Below, one piece after another: positions 1-10,535 of a stretch of 64,000 nucleotides of DNA (its first letter is position 1; each line of letters opens with the position of its first letter). This stretch comes from the human T2T-CHM13v2.0 reference genome, Homo sapiens. Position numbers and translations under genes: made by a program. The stretch is taken from NCBI RefSeq assembly GCF_009914755.1, contig NC_060929.1, one strand, 5' to 3'. The notes under the pieces are model-generated. The model saw nothing but the letters and a program-made list of their open reading frames with translations. It made no database searches and was not told where the DNA came from.

Positions 1-284
1 TTTATTTCCTTTTTAATTTTCAAAGTTAAACTTTTTTTGTTATGTACTACTTCCTGCATATTTGCCTGTGTAATCAAATGAAAATTCCACTTTTTTCCCT
101 ATTTTCTTGCACTATCCAAGAAAGACAGCTATCACCTCAAACGTAGTCTTGTCACCTGTCAGAATCTCGTACTGCCTGAAGATGTAGTATAGGAGATAAA
201 GAATCTGATTCCACAGTTTCCAGCATCAAAATGGACTGAATGATTGCAGGAACAAAAGGCAGAATTAAACAACCTTACCAGGAG

Positions 285-410
285 ACAGCTTTAGCTTGTG
301 ACCTTAGGCAATACATTTAATCTCTCTCATTCTCTATCTCTCTTAGACACTCAATCTGTAAAATAAGATTTATGATTTCTGCCAGCACATGTGGTTATGA
401 AGCGACAATG
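285..410 (+). mobile_element. MIR SINE fragment
   Basis: Degenerate MIR core: TAGCTTGTGACCTTAGGCAAT...ATCTGTAAAATAAG. Confidence 0.6.
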
Positions 411-1494
411 CATCTATTTTATTGGTCAGAACAGAATCTCCATATATATTTGCAAAAAAGATTTAGGATTTGACTAAAATAAAACCACATGAAAATAAGT
501 TGAATATTTGTTTATTTAACTGAGTTTTCAACAACAATGGACCTGTGATCTGTTGCATATCAAATAACGCCCCATAGACAGAGAAACTGAGGAAGAAATT
601 GAGGCTGAGAACAGACCAAGTAAATGGATGAGAATATATCATGCTGGTAAATACCTTCCTCTGGTGATTGAGGCATATGTGAATAAATACAAGAAATACA
701 GTGAATACTGAGTATATATAAGCTTAGAAAAATTAAAATGTGTTTTTCATTAGGGCCCTCATCTATTTGGAATTAAGGGACTTTTTTTATAATAGGAGGT
801 GATTTCCTATTTTATGTCTGCTTGCTTGATCTTAAAATTTCAAAATACTTTTACATTAAACCTGATATTTTATAATTACTCCCACATCTGAAAAAAGCAA
901 ACGTGATACTATTTACAGGAAATTCCTAATAAACATTTCCTTTTGTGGTCATTTCCAATTCTCAGTGTTCCTTTCGCACCCATGACACTTTAGAGATTCC
1001 AATTGTTGCTAATAACAGGTGAAGGTCATTCAATTCCTCACTTATTGCCAGAAAAAGTATTTTACTGCTACTTTCACTGTGTAAGATTCCAGCATTCATC
1101 TCCTTATATTTCATAGAACAGTGAGAAATGTCAAATACAATAAATGGCGCAGTCTTTTAAAAGAATCCCCTTTTAAATGATAGGCATTTAAACACATTGA
1201 TTGTAGAGTTCCTTGAAGGAAACTCTCTCTGTCTAGGGTCATTCTTGTCCAATTCTTCATGGATTTCTCTTTGCCAGAAGGCTTCCCTAAGCTATCAATT
1301 CCATTATGCCACTTTCTAGCTCAACAATCTTTCCATGTTACCTATATCTACATAAAATAAAGTCAAAATGTCTTTCTGTTTTAAGACCCACTGTTATCTC
1401 AAAAAACACTTTCTTCCCAAGGGCATCTTTCTTGACCCCTGAGAAATTAACCCAGGTTTCAGCCAGATTTGCGTGATCATAGAAAGAACAGCCA

Positions 1495-1945
<451 letters not shown>

Positions 1946-2560
1946 AGCACAGTCAAAGGAATACTGTGTGTCTCTGTCCATGCTTTATGCATGTGAAATG
2001 TTGATTTTCCTTAATGTCTACCACTCACCCAAGTCTTATGTTTCATTTTGATTTTAGTTAAACCATCCTCAGGTAGCCAAATGAGCCTTTCTGCCCCTAG
2101 TGGCCATTTCCTTTAGACCTTGTAGCACAAACTGACAATGCCACTCATAGGAAACCTCATCTAATCTTGTGATGTCTCTGGTTTTGTGATCTTTGCTTTT
2201 CATGGACATTACTTTCTGTTGGTTTTCCACTTTCCATTCACCCTATTTATGACATAAATACCATAATTTTTCTCCAAGGAATGAACCTCTACCTGACTTA
2301 CATCTGTGTGTCAGAAGCACTCGATTTTATCTTGTTGTCTAGGTATGAAGATAGGGCTCAGACCAGTTCAATAAGAGCATACATTTCCCTGGGTACAATG
2401 ATTTACTCAGGGATATATATGTGGCATAATTAAAGCCAAAAAAAGGTAATATGACTTTTATCTGTAGAGAGGGATTCTCTCTATTCTATTGGGACTCTGA
2501 GTGTAGAAGTAATGTGAGCTTGGAACCCTCCTAGATCCCATGGCTATCAGACCCTGATTT

Positions 2561-2572
2561 CGTTGGGCACCA
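2561..2572 (-). promoter_or_regulatory. Partial retroviral primer-binding site (tRNA-Lys type)
   Basis: Minus strand reads TC-TGGTGCCCAACG directly after the LTR end. It matches the tRNA-Lys(CUU) PBS start TGGCGCCCAACG at 11/12 and has the layout of the HERV-K LTR-PBS junction. Confidence 0.85.
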
Positions 2573-2574
2573 GA

Positions 2575-3649
2575 TATCGGGGGAACCAGCCCCCAATATT
2601 TCAACGTAGGTCCTTTCTATTTTCCCTAAGTGTCGGCCGGTCTGAGAAATAAAGAGAAAGAATACAAAGAGAGAAATTTTACAGCTGGGCCTCCGGGGGT
2701 GACATCACATATCGGCAGGTTCCGTGATGCCCCTTGAGCCGCAAAACCAGCAAGTTTTTATTAGGGATTTCAAAAGGGGACGGGGGTACAAACAGGGAGT
2801 AAGTCACAAAGATCACATGCTTGAAAGGGCAATAAAAGATCACAAGGGCAGAGAGTCAGAGCAAGATCACAAGGCCAGGGCGAAATTAGAATTACTGATG
2901 AGGTTCCATGTCCCACGGGGCACGCATTTTCATTGATAAACATCTTAACAGGAAACAGGGTTTGAGAGCAGACAATCAGTCTGACTAGAATTCGCCAGCC
3001 TGGAATTTCCTAATCCTAGCAACCCTGAGGGCACTGCAGGAGATGAGAGTGTATTTCATCCCTTATCTTCAAACACATAAGGCAGACACTCCCAGAGCAG
3101 CCATCCATAGACCTCCCCTGGGAATGCATTCCTTCCCCAGGGTTATTCCTTGCTGGAAAAAGAATTGAGTGATATTTCTCCTATTCATTTTCTGCAAGAA
3201 GAGAAATATGACTCTGTTCTGCCCGGCCCCACAGGCAGTCAGACCTTATGGTTATCTCCCTTGTTCCCTGAAAATCACTGTTACCCTGTTCTTTTTTAGG
3301 ATGCCCAGATTTCATATTGTTCAAACACACATATTCTACAAACAATTTGTGCAGTTAACGCAATCATCACAGGGTCCTGAGGCGACATACATCCTTAACT
3401 TACGAAGATGACAGATTAAGAGATTAAAAACAGGCATAGGAAATTATAAGAATATTGATTGGGGAAGTGATAAATGTCCATGAAATCGTCACAATTTATG
3501 TTCAGAGATTGCAGTAAAGACAGGCTTAAGAAATTATGAAAGTATTAATTTGGGGAACTAATAAATGTGCATGAAATCTTCACAATTTATGTTCTTCTGC
3601 TGTGGCTTCAGCCAGTCCCTCCCTTCGGGATCCCTGACTTCCTGCAACA
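2575..3649 (-). mobile_element. MER11 LTR (HERV-K11/HML-8), full length, ~1075 bp
   Basis: Minus strand begins TGTTGCAGGAAGTCAGGGA...GAAGAACATAAATTGTGAAGATTTCATG, has the internal duplicated ATAAATTGTGA block, and ends ...GGCTGGTTCCCCCGATA. Confidence 0.93.
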
Positions 3650-3820
3650 CATGGCTGAGATTGGAAATAACGCAGCAGAATACAGAACTGGAATGTAGAA
3701 GGAAACTAATCCTAGTAACATAGTTTCAGCCCTTGGGTCAAGCTTCACTTTTCAGTTATGTGCCAACAAATTCCTTGTTTTTTTAAGACTAGTTCATGTT
3801 GGGTTTTATGAGAGCCTAGA

Positions 3821-3927
3821 CCAGGGAATGGCAAATTGAATAGTTGTGATGAAGACCATCTGGCTTGCAAAGCCTAAAAGACTTACTATCATCTGGCCCT
3901 TTTTGGAAAAAAGTTACTGACTCTTGA
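3821..3927 (+). mobile_element. MER58-type hAT-Charlie MITE, internally deleted
   Basis: TGGCTTGCAAAGCCTAAAAGACTTACTATCATCTGGCCCTTTTTGGAAAAAAGTTACTGACTCTTG resembles the MER58B end. Confidence 0.7.
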
Positions 3928-3990
3928 TGATCACCTCATGAATTTATGTATATAGTTAACTATATATATATTTTGGGAAAAGAAAACCAA

Positions 3991-6756
3991 ATATATATAT
4001 TTATATATGTATTTATATATAAATATGTATATTTATCTATGTATTTATATATAAATATGTACATTTATCTATGTATTTATATATAAATATATATATTTAT
4101 ATATGTATTTATATATCAATATATATATTTATATATGTATTTATATATCAATATATATATTTATATATCAATATATGTATTTATATATGTATTTATATAT
4201 ATTTATATATGTATTTATATATAAATATATTTATATATGTATTTATATATAAATATATTTATATATGTATTTATATATAAATATATTTATATATGTATTT
4301 ATATATAAATATATTTATATATGTATTTATATATAAATATATTTATATATGTATTTATACATAAATATATTTATATATGTATTTATATATAAATATATAT
4401 ATTTATATATGTATTTATATATAAATATATATATTTATATATGTATTTATATATAAATATATATATTTATATATGTATTTATAAATATATATATTTATAT
4501 ATGTATTTATATATAAATAGATCTATTTATATATGTATTTATATATAAATAGATCTATTTATATATGTATTTATATATAAATAGATCTATTTATATATGT
4601 ATTTATATATAAATATCTATTTATATATGTATTTATATATAAATATCTATTTATATATGTATTTATATATAAATATCTATTTATATATGTATTTATATAT
4701 AAATATCTATTTATATATGTATTTATATATAAATATCTATTTATATATGTATTTATATATAAATATCTATTTATATATGTATTTATATATAAATATCTAT
4801 TTATATATGTATTTATATATAAATATATAAATACGTATTTATATATGTATTTATATAAATACGTATTTATATATGTATTTATATAAATACGTATTTATAT
4901 ATGTATTTATATAAATACGTATTTATATATGTATTTCTATAAATATGTATTTATATATGTATTTCTATATAAATATGTATTTATATAAGTATTTCTATAT
5001 AAATATATATTTATATATGTATTTCTATATAAATATATATGTATATATGTATTTATATATGTATTTCTATATATATGTATATATGTATTTCTATATAAAT
5101 ATATATTTATATATGTATTTATATATAAATACATATTTATATATACGTATACGTATATATGTATGTATATATACATGTATACGTATACGTATATATGTAT
5201 GTATATATACATGTATACGTATACGTATATATGTATGTATATATACATGTATACGTATATATGTATGTATATATACATGTATACGTATATATGTATGTAT
5301 ATATACATGTATACGTATATATGTATGTATATATACATGTATACGTATACATGTATGTATATATACATGTATACGTATACATGTATGTATATATACATGT
5401 ATACGTATACATGTATGTATATATACATGTATATGTATACATGTATGTATATATACATGTATATGTATACATGTATGTATATATACATGTGTATGTATAC
5501 ATGTATGTATATATACATGTGTATGTATACATGTATGTATATATACATGTGTATGTATACATGTATGTATATATACATGTGTATGTATACATGTATGTAT
5601 ATATACATGTGTATGTATACATGTATGTGTATATATACATGTGTATGTATACATGTATGTGTGTATATACATGTGTATGTATACATGTATGTGTGTATAT
5701 ACATGTGTATGTATACATGTATGTGTGTATATACATGTGTATGTATACATGTATGTGTGTATATACATGTGTATGTATACATGTATGTGTGTATATACAT
5801 GTGTATGTATACATGTATGTGTGTATATACATGTGTATGTATACATGTATGTGTGTATATACATGTGTATGTATACATGTATGTGTGTATATACATGTGT
5901 ATGTATTTATCAATACATATATATTTATATATGTATTTATCAATACATATATATTTATATATGTATTTATATATACATATATATTTATATATGTATTTAT
6001 ATATACATATATAAATATATGTATATATAAATATATATATTTATATATGAAATATATATATTTATATATGTATTTATATATAAATATATATGTATTTATA
6101 TATAAATATATATGTATTTATATATAAATATATATGTATTTATATATAAATATATATGTATGTATATATGAATATATGTATTTATATATAAATACATATA
6201 TTTATATATGTATTTATATATAAATACATATATTTATATATGTATTTATATATAAATACATATATTTATATATGTATTTATATATGTATTCATATATAAA
6301 TATATTATATATATTATGTTTATATATAAAAATATATATATTTATATATATAAATATATATTTTTATATTATATATATTTTTATATTATATATAAATATA
6401 TTTATACATATATTTATATATAACATTTTATATATTTATATATTTATATGTAACATTTTATATATAAATATATTTATTTATATATATTTATATATAATAT
6501 ATATTATATATTATTTATAGAATATATATTATACATTATTTATAGAATATATATTATATATTAGTTATATAATATATAATATATATTATTTATATAATAT
6601 GTAATATATATTATTTATATAATATATATTATTTATATAATATTTATTATATATTATTTATATAATATGTATGATTTATATAATATTTAATATATATTAT
6701 TTATATAATATATAAATATATATAAATTATATATATTTATATATTTATATATATTT
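3991..6756. repeat. Compound AT-rich mini/microsatellite (VNTR), ~2.77 kb, units of 28-36 bp
   Basis: Blocks include a 28-bp unit (~4200-4380), 30-bp TTATATATGTATTTATATATAAATATCTAT (~4590-4820), a 28-bp TACGTA-containing unit (~4830-4930), a 30/32-bp RY unit (~5140-5900) and degenerate (TA)n to 6756. Confidence 0.98.
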
Positions 6757-7187
6757 GGTTTTCTTTTCCTAAACAAACTTTTAAAAGATCCCTTAAACAC
6801 TGTCTTTAAGACAGGAATCAATTTGGGCATCCACCATGATGTTTTACCCCATTCCCATCCTAATCATAATGCTTGGAATTGTTAATAAAAATTAAATGAA
6901 TTCAATACATATGTATAAACCTTTGCTTTGCAGTGTTATCTGCATACAGAGGCCAGTCTATGAACTCTTTGTAAGTATAGAGTAAGTATAGAATTAAGAC
7001 AAAGCATTTAGAAAGTTTAATAGCAATTTAATCTTGTTTTGTCTTCAAGTGTATGATCATTTTCTTCCTACTAATTAATTTTATTGCATTTTACAAAAGT
7101 ATTATTCTGCAATAGAATGGGGAAAATATGTAATTTTTCAACATAGTTTGAGAATCTCTCTGTTCCGTTCATGAACTCTATGCTTGA

Positions 7188-7281
7188 GTATGTGTGTGTG
7201 TATATATATATATGTAAATATATGTGTATTTGTATGTGTATATATATGTATATATACGTGTGCATGTGGATAGATAGATAG
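7188..7281. repeat. (TG)n/(TA)n/(TAGA)n compound microsatellite
   Basis: Read directly from the sequence. Confidence 0.85.
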
Positions 7282-7599
7282 GTATTCTTCCCTAGGTTCT
7301 GAATTTATTAAGGATAGGATTATATTTATCTTTGGAGTTTTAAAGTTTTAAAGAAGTATATTTTCTTGATCTGTGATAGTCTTCTAAACATCAACATCAA
7401 ACTACATGCAAACTTAGTAGGCATTGTATTCTTATTTACTAAAGTGAATAAAATTACAAAGTAATGTCAAACTGGAGGGAAAGGACTGTGCCTATGTTGT
7501 CCTCTTTATTTGGTACACTATTACAAATGGATCTTTGCCTTCCAACACAAGAGGTCCAATTTCTTTTAGGGATTCATTCCTTCTTAAAATAGCCTCACT

Positions 7600-8132
7600 G
7601 TTCACTTGAAGATCTACGGCTACCCTCACTGATTCACATGGTTTGAGTGGGGCATTATTATCTGTGTCAGGACCATGACCACCAGCATATTAAATTTCCT
7701 TCTCCACAGTGTTTGGTTCAGGTATGGGCTAGTGAATAAGACCTGTGAATTAGAGCTTCTGCTGGGATTGCTTGGACTAAGAATCTGAATTTTTTTAAGT
7801 GTTGGATTTGTTGTGTATTTTCTGTGGTACTTGTTGAATCCCACATGATATGTCCCCAGGAGATGCAGGTGATCTTCCTGTGACCATGAAGGGAGAGACC
7901 AAGGGAATGAGAGAAACACATGGAGGTGAAAAGAGTTTAGCCAGGAGAGAGTCTGGATCCTGGCAACAATGTCTAAAGCCCCTGAATAAAGCTCCACCTG
8001 AAGCCATCCCAGCCACTGTGCTTTCTAAATACACGAGGCAATAAATCCTATTTATGTGTTTCTTTATCCTCCTTCACCAGTTTCTATTGTGTTTTGTAAT
8101 GCTATCAGGGGAGAAGGCCCTGATACAGATAC
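7600..8132 (+). mobile_element. Old MaLR LTR (MLT1K/L-like)
   Basis: TGGTTCAGGTATGGGC, CCTGAAGCCA, the CAATAAATCC poly(A) signal and a terminal ...GATACA. Confidence 0.55.
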
Positions 8133-8669
8133 ATAGTGTCATATCACATTCAAACTAGCATTTCCCTGTAATTAACTACTTCTACCAAAAGAAAATTTCA
8201 GTAAGAACTTTGGACTTCAGTCCTTTTCATTTTATTGAGCTGTTAAAAATGAAAGGGTAGAAGTTTCATCTCAGAAAGGAAACTTATATGTAAAAAGTTT
8301 TTATAAAACAAAATGTGTTAGTGATTAATGTGATCAACACTAGAAGAACAAAATGTCTGAAAAGACCTCAGACAAATGAACACTATCTTAAGTGCTTCTT
8401 TTGCTTCTTCTGATCCAGCCACATCTAATTTTGAGAAAAACACTATGGTTAATCTTCTCAATTTTCTGACTTAACTCTTAATCTTGAAAATTCACATTAA
8501 TGGGTAAAATTAATGGCAAGCTATTCTAATTAATTTGGATTGATATTCCATAGACAGAGCTTTAAAGGAACGAAGATTTCTCATTGTAATGATCACAAGC
8601 GAACATTTACCAAACCCAATTTTATACTAGCTTATAAACTCTTTCTGTACTTATTTGTTTGCTATTAAA

Positions 8670-8880
8670 ACACTGATGTACATGTATTCATAACTGCTTA
8701 TGGTGCTAAGCACTCTTTTAAGTGTTCTAAGTAGTTACACAGTATTCATTTACCTATACATCTTTTCGTGTATAGACACATCTCATTTAATTCTAATAAC
8801 AGTCCACAAACTGGGTACATTTATTAGACCTATATCGTAGAGGTGGAAACTAAGGCAAAGAAAAATTAAATAACGAGTAA
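8670..8880 (-). mobile_element. MIR SINE
   Basis: ATCTCATTTAATTCTAATAACAG...GAGGTGGAAACTAAGGCAAAGA. Confidence 0.7.
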
Positions 8881-9244
8881 AATTTTAAGCCCTGTGCCTT
8901 TTTACCACGTTTATATTATGGATTTTTTCTTAAGAACCTTATCTTGCCTGCAGCATTTGTATGATATGAATGACACATTTTACTTTGTTAGAAGTAAGTA
9001 TAGTCAAATTGGTTTTTTTTTTTTTGCAGGATCAATCCCTTTCTTCCCATCAGGCTGTGTAATTCTACACAACTTAAGAGGGTTACCTTTTCTGATTTCC
9101 TCACCAAATTTAATTTACAGTTACTAGAAGACAGCAAGTCAGTCATGAATATTGTTGTATTCGACATCGTTGGGCTGGATAAGTAGCAGGTATTCAGCAA
9201 GTATTTAGAGCTTAATTGGGAATTTCATGGCTTGTTTGGGTGTT

Positions 9245-9330
9245 TTCAATATATATATATAATATATTATATATATTCAATATTATATATTGAATATATA
9301 ATTGAATATATAATTGAATATTGAATTTTT
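9245..9330. repeat. AT-rich low-complexity patch with internal palindrome and TTGAATATATAA repeats
   Basis: TATATATTCAATA-TTATA-TATTGAATATATA (13-bp arms), overlapping tandem TTGAATATATAA units. Confidence 0.75.
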
Positions 9331-10491
9331 AATTTTTATTTTGGTAATATGTAAATAATGAAGTTGCATTTGATTCCGAAATAGGGCGAGTAAGGACACC
9401 TAAAGGTCAATACAGCTAGCTTTTAGGAATAATAAGTTTCTAATAGCAAACTCTCAAGTCAGAGTACTTTCTGCAAACGCAAGGAAATCTGTTCAGTTGA
9501 AAAAGTCCCCAAGTGCTTGACAAATGAGTTCTAAGAGTCCCTTGGAAGGTATTGCACAATTATTTGGCTGCTGACATTAAAGATGTGTGTGCATTTGTGT
9601 ATTAAGGACCACACACACAAAAGATAGCTATTGTTATATTTCTTTTTTTTCCTGTGCCCCCAGGGTATTCATAGATGCATAGAACCAAAACACTATCATC
9701 CCATACCATAATAATCAATGCAAGCAATTCAGTGTCTCTGATGTTGACAAATTGGCTCTACAAAATAGCCCTGTCAGCAAATTTACCTTCAAACAGGGTG
9801 GATGATATGGACTGAGTCTCCTACAGAAATTGGCCCAGTGCCCACAAAGAAAATTGGCAATCTTTACTAACAATTTCTAACTATACAGTGGTTTGGGACT
9901 TAATATTGTAATTGCACTCTAAGCCTCAATTTATTTCGAATATGATCCTCAGAAAGGTTGAAATCCTCATCTTACAGGTGTTTATATATTCATCTCAAAG
10001 CAAAATTGTTAACTCAGCATTATGGCTTAGAATGTAAATCTGCAATAGCCAGAAAACTCAACATCATTGCCCTCAGAGCAATTATAACTTCACCTCTTGC
10101 CCCTAAATGGCTTTTTATTTTATTAGATATAATCTAAGCTGGTCTTTTCTCAACATTTACATAAAATAAATTTCTTCAAATAAAAAAATGTGGCCTATGT
10201 TTAATTTTTTTTCATAAGTAATTGCTAAAACTCGGTTGGCCAACAAGTTTTTAAGCCATATATTTCATGAGGAAAGTATAAGGGGATTTTAAAGTTATAA
10301 AATCTGTCTTGAGGAAAGAAGGATGAAGTAGAAGAAAAAGTGGTACCAAATGCATTTTTTACTAGCCCTTAAAATGATTAAGTAACACTCCCATTACTCT
10401 ACTCTCATAGACACTAGTAGAATCACTCCTGTTTCCAAAAATGTATATTTAGTGTATGTAAAGACAGCCTAAAATGTTTGGTTTTACAAAT

Positions 10492-10492
<1 letters not shown>

Positions 10493-10532
<40 letters not shown>
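10493..10532 (+). repeat. (GT)20 microsatellite
   Basis: Perfect GT run. Confidence 0.97.

Positions 10533-10535
<3 letters not shown>

Larger units (their letters stand above)
2340..3820 (+). mobile_element. Old MaLR LTR (MLT1-type), split by the MER11 insertion into ~2340-2544 and ~3650-3820
   Basis: The 3' piece has the MLT1-type end CTTTTCAGTTATGTGCCAACAAATTCC...AGTTCATGTTGGGTTTT. The two pieces join across the CATGGC duplication. Confidence 0.55.

Noticed and set aside
2089-2106. CTCF-like TGGCCACTAGGGGCAG on the minus strand
   Set aside because: One G short in the core, which puts a mismatch at a highly conserved position.
4200-5900. CRISPR-like periodicity of 28-36 bp
   Set aside because: Units are directly tandem with no unique spacers, there are no cas genes, and the context is primate DNA.
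4071-6520. Long ORFs (up to 361 aa) in all six frames
   Set aside because: They are translations of TA-rich and RY satellite. Strict RY alternation cannot contain stop codons, and there is no protein-like composition.
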